Source: Spirochaetia bacterium
GTDB taxonomy: Bacteria; Spirochaetota; Spirochaetia; DSM-16054; Sediminispirochaetaceae
DNA: 64,000 nt
Assembly (NCBI GenBank): GCA_034520965.1
Contig: JAXHMY010000008.1
Location: 96,001 to 160,000, forward strand
Direction of reading: 5' to 3'
The notes below the pieces were generated by a model. It made no database searches. It saw only the letters and a program-made list of their open reading frames with translations, and was not told the DNA's origin. A program made the translations under genes and the position numbers. This document shows positions 30,322 to 40,109 of the stretch, in pieces (the first letter of the stretch is position 1; every line of letters begins with the position of its first letter).

Positions 30322-31275
30322 ATGCGTATCCTCTTCGCCGGTACCCCGGAAATTGCGGTGCCCTCGCTGAAAGCCGTTGCGGCACAGCATACTGTCGTTG
30401 GAGTACTTACCAATCCTGATCGGGCCCGCGGTCGCGGCCGTACACCTGAACCACCCCCGGTTAAACAGGCAGCCGGGGAGCTTGGGCTTCCGGTCTTTCA
30501 ACCGCCTGTGCTCAAAAGTGAGGCCCGGCAGCTCCTCTCACCATTAATGGCCGATATATTAGTAGTATTTGCCTACGGGCGTATATTCGGTCCCAAGTTT
30601 TTAGGCCTTTTCCCCAAGGGCGGGGTGAACGTGCACCCCTCGCTGCTTCCGCGTTACCGGGGGAGCATCCCGATTATTGCGCCGATTATAAACGGCGATC
30701 CTGAAACAGGGGTGACGGTACAGAAAATCGCCCTTGAGATGGACACCGGGGATATTTTAGCTCAGAAGCGCTTCGCTCTGGACTCAACTATTACGGCGGA
30801 TCAGCTAACTGTGTATGCGGCGGATACCGGTGCCGAATTACTTCTCTCCGCCCTGTCCGATCTGGAAGCAGGAACTGCAGCTCCGATGGCTCAGGATCCT
30901 TTGTATGCCACTTATTGTCGTAAACTCAATAAAGGCGATGGTAAAATAAACTGGCAGCTTCCGAATTACATGATCGAGCGCATGGTACGCGGGTTTTTCC
31001 CCTGGCCTAAGGCTTTTACGGAGTGGAATGGCAAGCGTCTTACCGTGTTAGAGGCATCGTTGTCCTCGGAGTTGTCCTCGGAAACGACAAAGGGCAAGGC
31101 GGGTACGGTGCGTGGTATAGACAGGGAAAATAGAATTCTGGTACAAACAGGAAGGGGCGTATTGGCTATCCGCAGACTACAACTGCAGGGCAAGCAGCCC
31201 CTTGAGTCGCAGGCTTTTGTAAACGGGAATAAAGAGATAATCGGATCGCAGCTTGGAGATAATCTTTGGAGATAA
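30322..31275 (+). CDS. fmt: methionyl-tRNA formyltransferase
   Basis: MRILFAGTPE, NVHPSLLPRYRG, MDTGD. Confidence 0.95.
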   Translation: MRILFAGTPEIAVPSLKAVAAQHTVVGVLTNPDRARGRGRTPEPPPVKQAAGELGLPVFQPPVLKSEARQLLSPLMADILVVFAYGRIFGPKFLGLFPKGGVNVHPSLLPRYRGSIPIIAPIINGDPETGVTVQKIALEMDTGDILAQKRFALDSTITADQLTVYAADTGAELLLSALSDLEAGTAAPMAQDPLYATYCRKLNKGDGKINWQLPNYMIERMVRGFFPWPKAFTEWNGKRLTVLEASLSSELSSETTKGKAGTVRGIDRENRILVQTGRGVLAIRRLQLQGKQPLESQAFVNGNKEIIGSQLGDNLWR

Positions 31276-31278
31276 TCA

Positions 31279-32354
31279 ATGAACCATGAAACGGATAATA
31301 TGAATAACAATCAGAACCACGGTGCCGGTGGGTTTTTTAAGAAAAAGGGTTTTCCTAGAAAACCGCAGAGTCAGGAGAGTCGTTTTTTTCGAATGATCCT
31401 CTACTTTTCTTTAGGTACCATAGGAGCAGCCCTTTTAATTGGTATTGTAACTTTCATGATTACCCTTGAGGGAAACGAGGAGACCAAGGTCCCGGACCTG
31501 CGGGGTATGGAACTGGCCAATGCAATTATTGAACTCCAAGATAAAGCCTTATACGGTACTGTACAGTTACGATACTCAAATAAGCTTTCCGACAAGGGGA
31601 CGGTGCTCGGACAGGATCCGATACCGGGGGCGGTAGTGAAAGCGAAAAGCGAAGTGCTCCTGCGGGTGAGCAAGGGTGCAGCTGTAGAGAAGCTGGATAA
31701 TTTTGTGGGCTGGAATGTGAGCGAGCTGGAGACCCACTTAAAGAGTCTCGAATCGGTCTACGGGCCGCTGCTCAAGCTGCAGAAACCCTATATCCGTGTA
31801 TATGATGAGTCCCCCTCAGGTACTATTTTAGAGCAAAAGCCGTCTCCCGGAACTGAGTTGACCGTACTAACCGAGCTTGAGCTGGTGGTAAGCCGCGGTC
31901 CGGAAGGTCAAAGTACTGAAGTGAAAGACTATATTGATATGGAATGGCGCAGAGCTCTGGCCGAGATAGTCTCAGCCGGTTATCCCTTTATTTTTACAAT
32001 GACCAATCAGGAAGAGGGTGAACCGGGAACAGTGGTATCTCAAAGTCCGAATCCGGAGAGTGAGGTACCAACCGAGACCCTGCGGCAGTTGATGATAAAG
32101 GCTCCGGAGGAAGTAGAAGAGGACTACCGGTTTGGAATTATTGAGCGGGAGTTGCCCGAGTACCCGGTACATGTACCGGTGCAGGTCGAACTTATTCGAA
32201 CCAGCGGGGAGAAAGGACAACTCTTATCTCCTTTAATCACAAGGGCGGTCTGTTGACTATTCCTTATCTGGAAGAAGTAGGCTCCACACTAGTCATTCAA
32301 ATCGATGGTGAGGAAGTCGTACGGCATAGGGTCCAAGAGCAGCCCTTGAATTAG
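31279..32354 (+). CDS. membrane-anchored PASTA-domain protein, frameshift near 32222
   Basis: TM helix then three PASTA-like repeats (VPDLRG, GTVLGQDP.PG, GTILEQKPSPG, GTVVSQSP); reading continues in another frame to TAG 32352-32354. Confidence 0.8.
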
Positions 32355-32380
32355 GCGCCGGCCTCCAGGGCGACGCCTAA
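32351..32380. terminator. hairpin after the PASTA gene
   Basis: TTAGGCG...CGCCTAA inverted repeat; no clear U-tract. Confidence 0.35.
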
Positions 32381-32382
32381 TG

Positions 32383-32411
32383 TTGACATATAAAAAGTAA
32401 TCTACTACTCT
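32383..32411 (+). promoter_or_regulatory. promoter for tRNA-Gly
   Basis: TTGACA-N17-TACTCT. Confidence 0.65.
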
Positions 32412-32430
32412 CTGAGTAGATATTTCCGAT

Positions 32431-32501
32431 GCGAGTGTGGTGAAATGGTATCACGAAAGCTTCCCAAGCTTTAATTGGGGGTTCAATTCCCCTCACTCGC
32501 T
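32431..32501 (+). tRNA. tRNA-Gly (CCC)
   Basis: Acceptor GCGAGTG/CACTCGC, anticodon arm AAAGC-TTCCCAA-GCTTT, T arm GGGGG-TTCAATT-CCCCT, discriminator U; CCA not encoded. Confidence 0.93.
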
Positions 32502-32518
32502 GTTCCGTCACAAACTGT

Positions 32519-33412
32519 CTAAGGCACCCACTCCTGCACGGCCTCGGGGTTGTTCTGTACCCACTCCTTGGCCACTTCGTAGGCCTCTTTGTCGCTGTCG
32601 TTCATCATTCCCATTACCGTTCCCAGCTGCTGGTCGGTCAGCATAAAGTTCTCCAGAAACTTAGTGACATCTGGAAAATCTTCACGGAAATCGGTATGGC
32701 CCACCGCCCAGGTGTTTTCCACCTCGCCGTAGATCTTTTTCGGGTCTTCGAGAAACTTCAGGTCCCAGCGGGCGAACTTCCAGTGGGGCTTCCAGCCGGT
32801 TACCACCACCCACTTATTCTCTTCAATCGCCCCCTTCAAAGTAGCGGTCATGACCGGGCCGCTGGAGGCCTTCAGGTCAAAGTCGAGCCCGTACTCTTCA
32901 ATAGCCGTGTTGGTGGTTTTCATTATGCCGGCGCCGGTGTCGATTCCGATAATGTCCCCGTCGAACTTCTCTTTGTTGGCGTTCAGCTCGGCGATCGAAT
33001 CGATATCCACATATTCGGGCACCACTAAACCGATGCGCGCGCCCTGGAAGGTCTGGCTGATTTTTTCCAGATCCTCACCGTACTCCTCCATGTAGGTCTT
33101 GTGGGTCACCGGCAGCCAGGCATCCACATACAGATCGTAATCCTTCTGTGCGATGGACGAGAAAATAACGGCGATATCGGCATAGGTAGTTTCGACCGTA
33201 TAGCCGAGCTCCTCTTCCAGAATAACTCGGACAATGTTGCTCATGGCAATACTGTCGGTCCAATTTACAATACCGATTCGGATCTTCTTCTCTTGTTCGG
33301 CAGCCTCTTCGCCGCCCTTGGCATCTCCGCCGCATGCGCTCAGCAGCAGGGTTGCCGCAACAATTACTATTAGAATGCTCCACAGTTTTTTACTTCTTCC
33401 TTCAGTTTTCAA
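32519..33412 (-). CDS. glycine betaine ABC transporter substrate-binding lipoprotein (OpuAC/ProX type)
   Basis: Lipobox LSAC; AWLPVTH, GLVVPEY, GIDTGAGIM, VVTGWKPHW.F; permease and ATPase not adjacent. Confidence 0.9.
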   Translation of the reverse strand: MKTEGRSKKLWSILIVIVAATLLLSACGGDAKGGEEAAEQEKKIRIGIVNWTDSIAMSNIVRVILEEELGYTVETTYADIAVIFSSIAQKDYDLYVDAWLPVTHKTYMEEYGEDLEKISQTFQGARIGLVVPEYVDIDSIAELNANKEKFDGDIIGIDTGAGIMKTTNTAIEEYGLDFDLKASSGPVMTATLKGAIEENKWVVVTGWKPHWKFARWDLKFLEDPKKIYGEVENTWAVGHTDFREDFPDVTKFLENFMLTDQQLGTVMGMMNDSDKEAYEVAKEWVQNNPEAVQEWVP

Positions 33413-33625
33413 AACTAACTCCTTCTTCTATACACGTAAATTTTTAATGTGTATAACTTAAGGGTATTAAAAGCAGCCTCGAAGGTCAAATTTGCCGGCA
33501 ACATCCGCTCTGCCTTGCAGGGCTTCGCAAAAAGCCTTACCATGACTGATGGGGATAAAATTTATGGTAGATGCTCTTCCAGGAGAGAGCGGGCCCGCGG
33601 GCCGGGAGAGGTACGCCCTGAGGGC

Positions 33626-33835
33626 TTACTTGTCCCGTTCGGTCTTGGTGGAAATATTCAGCATCCGGTACAGCGGGCAGACCCCCGCCACAGCGGTAAA
33701 CACCAGCACCACCGCGGCAATTCCCAGCAGCAGGGCTATGATGGGGTGGATATTAACGGTAATGTTGAGGGCTACAATAGCCACCACCGCCAGAATGCGC
33801 ATCACCTTATCAGTTTTTCCCATATTTTCCTTCAT
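33626..33835 (-). CDS. DUF2892 (YgaP-like) membrane protein
   Basis: NMGKTDKVMR...two TM helices...G.CPLY.ML.IST. Confidence 0.85.
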   Translation of the reverse strand: MKENMGKTDKVMRILAVVAIVALNITVNIHPIIALLLGIAAVVLVFTAVAGVCPLYRMLNISTKTERDK

Positions 33836-33845
33836 TTTTCACTCC

Positions 33846-34649
33846 TTACAGGGGACGCAATTTTTCAGGCTCGGCGGCTGCGATCATCCCCCGGGCCAGG
33901 GCCAGCACCGGATCGATCAGTGGCACACCCCCAAAATCTAAACCGGGTAGGGCCAGGGGAATCTCGGTGCAGCCAAGGATCAGGGCTTCCGCACCGGCAT
34001 CAATTAGCTGCTGTGCGTAGCCTTCGATACGCTGCCGCGCTTCCGGACCAGCCGGGCTGAGGGCTTTCAGGCCCCACTCTTTATGATAAATAGCCTCGTG
34101 CAGGCCCTCCTGCTGCTCTTCAGGAATCTGCAGCACCCGGTAGCCGCTGCCCTCCAGCAATCGGTTCCATACCCCGCTGCGGCGGGTACCGGTGGTAGAC
34201 ATCAGACCGATAGCCTGAGCCCCCGGCCGACGCTGTGTGATCAACTCAAGGCTCTCCTTGAGCATGTGCACCAGCTGCAGGTTAGGTCCGATTTTAGCGA
34301 GCTCCCGGGAAAACTGTTCATAGATGGCCGGGGCGTGAAAGGTATTGCAGGGAACCCCCACGATGGCCGGGGCGCGTAGCCGTCCCGCGGAGTTCAGTAG
34401 ACCGCAGAGTCCCAGCTTCACTACAGAGGCCATCTGGATGCCCGGGTTCTCCCGGTTCGCCTCCAGCAGATAGGCGGTGCGGTCGCCGATGGCATGGGCT
34501 GCGGAGAGGTGGATGACATCCAGATGCTCCTGGTCGCCGCCGGCGAGGGTCTGCTGGATAATTGTGCGGTGCAGTTCGACTCCGGCCATCGGGCCGAGCC
34601 CCCCGCCGAGGATCAGAGTCGGCCGGTCTTGTGGATCATAGCTGTGCAT
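33846..34649 (-). CDS. aspartate/glutamate racemase family protein
   Basis: GGLGPMAG, DQEH, PCNTFH, ILGCTEIP catalytic Cys pair. Confidence 0.88.
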   Translation of the reverse strand: MHSYDPQDRPTLILGGGLGPMAGVELHRTIIQQTLAGGDQEHLDVIHLSAAHAIGDRTAYLLEANRENPGIQMASVVKLGLCGLLNSAGRLRAPAIVGVPCNTFHAPAIYEQFSRELAKIGPNLQLVHMLKESLELITQRRPGAQAIGLMSTTGTRRSGVWNRLLEGSGYRVLQIPEEQQEGLHEAIYHKEWGLKALSPAGPEARQRIEGYAQQLIDAGAEALILGCTEIPLALPGLDFGGVPLIDPVLALARGMIAAAEPEKLRPL

Positions 34650-34701
34650 GGTGTATTGCTCCCACGGTATTGATAGGTTACAGTATAGCAGGAGTTACAC
34701 A

Positions 34702-35082
34702 ATGGATAAACAGAGCGTTATACAACGATTGAAAGAATTGAATATCTACCACCTGTTCAGCTACCGGCCTGAGGTAAAGGTGGTGCCGGCGGTGATGCCG
34801 GAGGGCGAGACGATCGAGGCTGCCACGGCGGGGATCAGCAACGGCAAGCGCTGGATGCTGGTATTTGGGAAAAGTCATGTCTATTTTATTCATGTGCATC
34901 CGATCAATGGTACCCACAGCCGGAAGGTAGCCTATAGCGATTTGACTGGATACGAACTTCGCAAGGGCTTGATTTTTGGAAAAATCAATCTGGAACTGGG
35001 CAAAGAAAGCATGAAAGTTGACAACGTCCACCGCCGGACCATCGGGCTGATACAGGCTGTGCTGGATAAATATGCCGGTTGA
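34702..35082 (+). CDS. bacterial PH-domain-like protein
   Basis: SD AGGAG; E.I.....G....L.F......F and KGLIFGKI pattern. Confidence 0.6.
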   Translation: MDKQSVIQRLKELNIYHLFSYRPEVKVVPAVMPEGETIEAATAGISNGKRWMLVFGKSHVYFIHVHPINGTHSRKVAYSDLTGYELRKGLIFGKINLELGKESMKVDNVHRRTIGLIQAVLDKYAG

Positions 35083-35231
35083 GCTGGGGTACGACCGCTT
35101 CGGCAATCCGAGGCGAAAAAAGTGAATATATGCCGGGCACTGGCTTCATGTGGAAAGGCAGGAGGAATTTGTGAACGCGGTTATGGAAGGACTTGACATA
35201 TAGATAGCATTAGCGCAATATTATAGCTAAT

Positions 35232-35570
35232 AGCAACGACGGAGACGAGTAAGAGGGTTCTACTGTCCACAGAGAGGGCGGCCGATCCGCAGAGGCGGGG
35301 GCTGGAAGTCGCTCGGCAGCACCATCTGAAAACCACTCCAGAGCTGCCTGCGGAAAATTGCCGAGCCGGGCCCCAGCCCGGAAGCACGTGGCGATGAGTA
35401 AGTGAGGCCGTATTCCGGCGTAAACGGGTAAACGAGAGTCGCGGCCGGCGACTGTAAGAAGTGAATGAAAAAAGCCGGGCGTGGAAGTAAGGTGGAACCG
35501 CGGAAAACCTTCATGTTTTTCGTCCTTGCACTTAGGTGTGGAGGACGTAGAACGTGAAGGTTTTTTTATT
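35232..35570 (+). ncRNA. T-box riboswitch, threonine (ACC specifier)
   Basis: Stem I GGAG/CTCC with AGTA, AGAGA and GCTGGAA motifs; specifier GAAA-ACC-A (35332-35334); T-box AAGGTGGAACCGCG (35489-35502) pairing with CGTCCTT; overlapping terminator. Confidence 0.9.
35504..35570 (+). terminator. T-box intrinsic terminator
   Basis: AAAACCTTCATGTT..CGTCCTT / GAGGACG..AACGTGAAGGTTTT stem followed by a T-run. Confidence 0.85.
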
Positions 35571-35582
35571 AAGGATTAAGTT

Positions 35583-37331
35583 ATGTCACAAGATGAACAA
35601 TGCCATAAGATACGCCACTCGATGGCCCATGTCATGGCCGAGGCGGTGATTGAAAAATTTCCCGGGACCAAGGTGGCCATCGGTCCGTCGATTGAGGACG
35701 GGTTTTACTACGATTTCGACCTGCCTCGGCAGCTGAACGAGGAAGACCTGGAGGCGATTAGCGAGCGGATGCAGGAGATTATTGAAGAGGGCCACGAGTT
35801 TCAGCGCAGCGTGGTCAAACGCGAAGAGGCCTATGAGCTTTTTAAAAAGCAGGATCAGGACTACAAGCTGGAGCTGCTGGAGGCGATTCCGGAAGGGGAA
35901 GAGGTGTCCCTGTACAATCAGGGCGGCTTTGTCGACCTGTGCCGTGGACCCCACGTGGATGATACCGGCCAGCTGAATCCCCAGTCCTTTAAGTTGCTGA
36001 ATATTGCCGGCGCCTACTGGCGGGGGGATGAGAATAACCGTATGCTCACCCGTATTTACGGCACCGCCTGGAAGAATCCCAAAGAGCTGCGTCAGTATCT
36101 GCAGCGCCTGGAGGAGATGCGCAAGCGCGACCACCGCAAGGTCGGCCGCGAGCTGGACCTGTTCTCCACCCACGAAGAGGCCGGCCCCGGGCTTATTTAC
36201 TGGCACCCTAAGGGAGCTCGCATCCGCTTGGCAATCGAGGATTATTGGCGGGCGGAGCATCTTAAAAACGGCTACGAGATGCTGTACACCCCCCACGTGG
36301 GCAAGTCCTGGCTGTGGGAGACCTCGGGACACCTCGGTTTTTACAACGAGAATATGTACAGCCCCATGCAGGTGGACGAGAACGACTACTACATCAAGCC
36401 GATGAACTGTCCCTTTCATATAATGATTTACAATACCAATTTGCACTCCTACCGCGACCTTCCCCTGCGCTGGGCCGAGCTTGGAACGGTGTATCGCTAC
36501 GAGCGTTCGGGGGTACTCCACGGACTGCTGCGGGTGCGCGGCTTTACCCAGGACGATGCCCACATTATCTGTACCCCCGACCAGGTGGAGGATGAGATTT
36601 TGGAGGTGCTGAGCTTTTCGTTAGCTATGTGGAAGGCCTTCGGCTTCTCGGATATTAAAGCCTACCTGGCCACCCGTCCCAGTGAGGACAAGAGCGTTGG
36701 TGATGACTCGGCTTGGGAGCAGGCCTCGGATTCACTGAAAAAAGCCATCGAGGCCGAGGGGCTGGACTACGAGGTAGACGAGGGCGGCGGCGCCTTCTAC
36801 GGGCCGAAGATCGATCTGAAGATCAAAGACGCCCTGGGCCGGGAGTGGCAAATGACCACCGTGCAGTTCGACTTTAACCTGCCCGAGCGCTTTGACATGA
36901 CCTTTGTGGACCACGACGGCAAGGAAAAGCGCCCTTACATGGTGCACCGTGCCCTGCTTGGTTCTATTGAACGCTTTTTCGGGGTGCTGGTCGAGCACTA
37001 CGGCGGCGCCTTTCCGATATGGCTGGCTCCGGTGCAGGCCAGGGTAATTCCGGTGGCCGACCCCTTTAACGAGTATGCCCAGGAGGTCAAGAAGAAGCTT
37101 ATGGCTGCCGGCCTGCGGGTAGAGGCGGATGTGAGCGATAACCGGATGAACGCCAAAATCCGCAACGCCCAGAACGAAAAAATACCCTATATGCTGATCG
37201 TCGGCGAGAAGGAGAAGGACGACGAAAGCGTGTCCCTCCGCCGTCGCACCGGCAAACAGCAGGATGTGATGACCGTGGAAGAGTTTATCGGCTTTGCAAA
37301 CCGAAAAATAGCCAATAAAGAAGAAATTTAG
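35583..37331 (+). CDS. thrS: threonine--tRNA ligase (short form without N-terminal TGS domain)
   Basis: RHSMAH, GFYYDF, DLCRGPH, RDHRK, KPMNCP, RVRGFTQDDAH, HRALLGSIERF. Confidence 0.97.
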   Translation: MSQDEQCHKIRHSMAHVMAEAVIEKFPGTKVAIGPSIEDGFYYDFDLPRQLNEEDLEAISERMQEIIEEGHEFQRSVVKREEAYELFKKQDQDYKLELLEAIPEGEEVSLYNQGGFVDLCRGPHVDDTGQLNPQSFKLLNIAGAYWRGDENNRMLTRIYGTAWKNPKELRQYLQRLEEMRKRDHRKVGRELDLFSTHEEAGPGLIYWHPKGARIRLAIEDYWRAEHLKNGYEMLYTPHVGKSWLWETSGHLGFYNENMYSPMQVDENDYYIKPMNCPFHIMIYNTNLHSYRDLPLRWAELGTVYRYERSGVLHGLLRVRGFTQDDAHIICTPDQVEDEILEVLSFSLAMWKAFGFSDIKAYLATRPSEDKSVGDDSAWEQASDSLKKAIEAEGLDYEVDEGGGAFYGPKIDLKIKDALGREWQMTTVQFDFNLPERFDMTFVDHDGKEKRPYMVHRALLGSIERFFGVLVEHYGGAFPIWLAPVQARVIPVADPFNEYAQEVKKKLMAAGLRVEADVSDNRMNAKIRNAQNEKIPYMLIVGEKEKDDESVSLRRRTGKQQDVMTVEEFIGFANRKIANKEEI

Positions 37332-37341
37332 GGGAGCGCTC

Positions 37342-38877
37342 ATGAGCAAGGCCTTCAAGAAGTTACAACAGATAGATAAAGAGATAATTCTTTTAGAACA
37401 TACCTCCGCTCTGCTGCAGTGGGATCAGGAAACCGGCATGCCGGCGATGGCGATTGAGGAGCGTTCCGACCAAATTGCACTGATGCAGGGATTGGCCCAC
37501 GACCGGATGACCAGCCCGGAGGTAGGCGAGCTGCTCGGACAGGCCCGCAATGAGGCCCACGAAGAGGAGGCTGAGGGAGCGGCTCTGCCGCCGGAGGTTG
37601 ACCCCCGGTTTTTCAGCCGTGCCTTTTTGCGTCTCTTCGGCCGTCACTATGAACGGGAGGTAAAAATCCCGCGCCGTCTGGTCACCGACTTAGCCCAAAC
37701 TACCAGCCGGGCCCAGGCGGCCTGGATCGATGCCCGCAGGGCGGACGATTTTTCACTGTTTCAGCCCCATCTTGAAAAGATTGTGGCTCTTACCCTGGAG
37801 AAAGCCGAGGCCCTGGGCTATCCGGAACAGCCCTACGACGCCCTGTTAGACGAGTTTGAGCCGGGAATGCGCACCTCCCAGGTGGAGGAGGTCTTCGCCG
37901 ATCTAAAAACCGAGCTCACACCGCTGGCAAAGCGGATTACCGAGGCCCAGAGGGTCGATGACAGCTTTCGCAGCCGGGGGTATCCGGCCGCCGGGCAGCG
38001 GGAGTTTAGCTTGAATCTTCTGCGGGAGATGGGCTACGATTTTGATCGCGGCCGGCTGGACGAGAGTGCCCACCCCTTTACCACTTCCCTGGGGGACAAC
38101 GATGTGCGGGTAACCACCCGCTTTCACGAGGACGATCTGTTCTCGGCGATTTTCGGTACTATCCACGAAGGCGGCCACGGACTCTACGAACTTGGAATAG
38201 ACCCCGCCTACCACGGCAGCAGCCTGGGAGAGGGAACCAGTCTGGGTATCCATGAGTCCCAGTCCCGGACCTGGGAAAACCTAATTGGGCGCAGTCTGCC
38301 CTTCTGGCAGCACCACTTTCCCAACCTGAAGCGCATTTTCCCTGACCAGCTTGGGGATATCGATGCGGAAACTTTTGGGCGGGCGGTCAACCGGGTGCAG
38401 CCGAGTCTCATCCGCATTGAGGCGGATGAAGTAACCTACAGTCTGCATGTAATTTTACGCTTTGAATTGGAGCTGGCCCTGGTAAATGGGAAGCTGGAGG
38501 TAAAAGACCTGCCCGAAGCCTGGAACGACCTGATGGAGCAGCTGCTTGGAATCCGTCCGCCTTCGGATGCCGATGGAGTACTCCAGGATGTACACTGGTC
38601 GATGGGTGCCATAGGCTATTTTCCAACCTATGCTCTGGGAAATCTTTTTGGAGCTCAGTTTTTCAACCGCCTGCAGCAGGACATTCCTGATGTTGATAGG
38701 AGAATCGGCGGTGGAGACCTGCTGAGTATTCGTAGATGGCAGCAGGAACACATACACCGGCACGGTGCGGTATATACAGCACCGGAATTGGTTCGCAGGG
38801 TAACCGGGGAATCATTGAACCCGCGGTATTTTATAGACTATCTTGAACGTAAGTTTTCAAGGCTCAATGTCCTGTAA
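37342..38877 (+). CDS. carboxypeptidase, M32 family
   Basis: WDQET, HPF, DVRVTT, HEGGHGLYE, HESQS, IRIEADE, QDVHW, GYFPTYALG. Confidence 0.93.
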   Translation: MSKAFKKLQQIDKEIILLEHTSALLQWDQETGMPAMAIEERSDQIALMQGLAHDRMTSPEVGELLGQARNEAHEEEAEGAALPPEVDPRFFSRAFLRLFGRHYEREVKIPRRLVTDLAQTTSRAQAAWIDARRADDFSLFQPHLEKIVALTLEKAEALGYPEQPYDALLDEFEPGMRTSQVEEVFADLKTELTPLAKRITEAQRVDDSFRSRGYPAAGQREFSLNLLREMGYDFDRGRLDESAHPFTTSLGDNDVRVTTRFHEDDLFSAIFGTIHEGGHGLYELGIDPAYHGSSLGEGTSLGIHESQSRTWENLIGRSLPFWQHHFPNLKRIFPDQLGDIDAETFGRAVNRVQPSLIRIEADEVTYSLHVILRFELELALVNGKLEVKDLPEAWNDLMEQLLGIRPPSDADGVLQDVHWSMGAIGYFPTYALGNLFGAQFFNRLQQDIPDVDRRIGGGDLLSIRRWQQEHIHRHGAVYTAPELVRRVTGESLNPRYFIDYLERKFSRLNVL

Positions 38878-38887
38878 TGCGGTTGAT

Positions 38888-39646
38888 GTGCAAAATCTGT
38901 TCTTCTGGCTGGTCTTGTCCGCCGGAGGAATAGGGGGCACGATTGGTGCCTTGCTTAAGGCGGTGAAGACCTCCCGTAAGTCCCCGGGCAACAAATTGCT
39001 GGTAAAAATAAGTTTGTATTTGTCCGCATCCCTGGCAGCGGTAATCGGCGCAATTGTGTTCTTAGATTTCTCTCAGGTGGAGTGGAACCGGTTTTTGCTC
39101 ACCTTCTTTCTCTGTGCTGTCGCTGGGTGGACCGTTTTTTACATCGGCTTCCGCTGGCTGGTGGTTCCTGTAGTGCTGGTGGCGGTGCTCTATATTGTAG
39201 TGGTGTCCGGGCTGGTTCGACAATGGGGCTGCTGTCTTGCCTCTGAGCAGCTTATGCAGGTAAAGGTGATTGCTCAGCAGGAACAAGCGGGGCAGAGTTG
39301 GACAGAGCTGGAAATTTACACAGCCGATGGCCGGCGAAGTGAGTTTACGCAAATCCAGGGCAAGGGGCTTGCAGTTACTCTGAGGCTTATGGAGCTTCAG
39401 CCCTGGATGTTTTACCCGAGTTGCGAATTCCTTTTTCAAGTGGAAAAAATGGAAGGTCTGACAGAGCAAGATACAGACCAGACGGATATCTCTTTGGGGG
39501 AAGAGGTCGGGGCAGTGGCCGCCCTGCTTACGGTGGGCGCTGCAGAACTGCGAGAAATTACGGTAGTCCAGCGTGAATTAGACGTATTGGGCACTTACGA
39601 ACTTGTGGTTGAGGAAGGCGGCTTGGTTTTTGAGCACTCCAAATAA
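38888..39646 (+). CDS. hypothetical membrane protein
   Basis: About four N-terminal hydrophobic helices then a soluble tail; start uncertain. Confidence 0.6.
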   Translation: MQNLFFWLVLSAGGIGGTIGALLKAVKTSRKSPGNKLLVKISLYLSASLAAVIGAIVFLDFSQVEWNRFLLTFFLCAVAGWTVFYIGFRWLVVPVVLVAVLYIVVVSGLVRQWGCCLASEQLMQVKVIAQQEQAGQSWTELEIYTADGRRSEFTQIQGKGLAVTLRLMELQPWMFYPSCEFLFQVEKMEGLTEQDTDQTDISLGEEVGAVAALLTVGAAELREITVVQRELDVLGTYELVVEEGGLVFEHSK

Positions 39647-39741
39647 GAAGCCCAGCCGATCGCTGTGAGTAGCCGATCGAACGTGAGTCTCCCGCTCCAG
39701 TTTTAGCGGATGTCTGCCGATAGGTGCAGTAGGATGAAGAT

Positions 39742-40050
39742 ATGATTATTCTTTTGCGTAAAACTACCCCTAAGGGGACCCACTACTATTACACTCTGCA
39801 TGACCGGCAGGCGGGGCTGTTCGAACACTATACCCTTACTACCATGTGGGGTTCCTCTCCCGATGGAGGGCGGCAAAAAGCTTACAGTTTTTCAAGTGCC
39901 CGGGAGCTTGACGTAAAACTGCGGCAGCTCATGAGCCGACGGCTGCGCTCCGGGTATAAAGTGCTTTACAGCTACTCCCGCGATGAAAATTACCGTGCTG
40001 TACTGCAGGAATATTTGGATATAAAACCTCAGCATAGATCAGCAAATTGA
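39742..40050 (+). CDS. WGR-domain-like protein
   Basis: YYTL....LF..Y.L...WG....G and R.RSGY pattern resemble stand-alone WGR domains. Confidence 0.6.
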   Translation: MIILLRKTTPKGTHYYYTLHDRQAGLFEHYTLTTMWGSSPDGGRQKAYSFSSARELDVKLRQLMSRRLRSGYKVLYSYSRDENYRAVLQEYLDIKPQHRSAN

Positions 40051-40074
40051 ATTCTTGAAATTATCTGCTTTGAA

Positions 40075-40103
40075 TTGACAGGGGGGGATAAAACCCGTAC
40101 AGT
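40075..40103 (+). promoter_or_regulatory. promoter for pgsA (probably leaderless)
   Basis: TTGACA-N17-TACAGT, then TTTTTT and ATG 40110. Confidence 0.65.
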
Positions 40104-40109
40104 TTTTTT

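Noticed and set aside
32431..32520. Integrative element at tRNA-Gly
   Set aside because: No integrase and no duplicated tRNA 3' end found in the window
33413..33625. c-di-AMP (ydaO) riboswitch upstream of the betaine-binding protein
   Set aside because: Expected given cdaA, but the conserved motifs are not visible; only a TTGACC-N17-TACCCT promoter-like pair is seen
35586..36563. 325-aa antisense ORF (also 5778-6638 opposite ilvB)
   Set aside because: Shadow ORFs of well-conserved genes, explained by codon bias; no motifs or RBS
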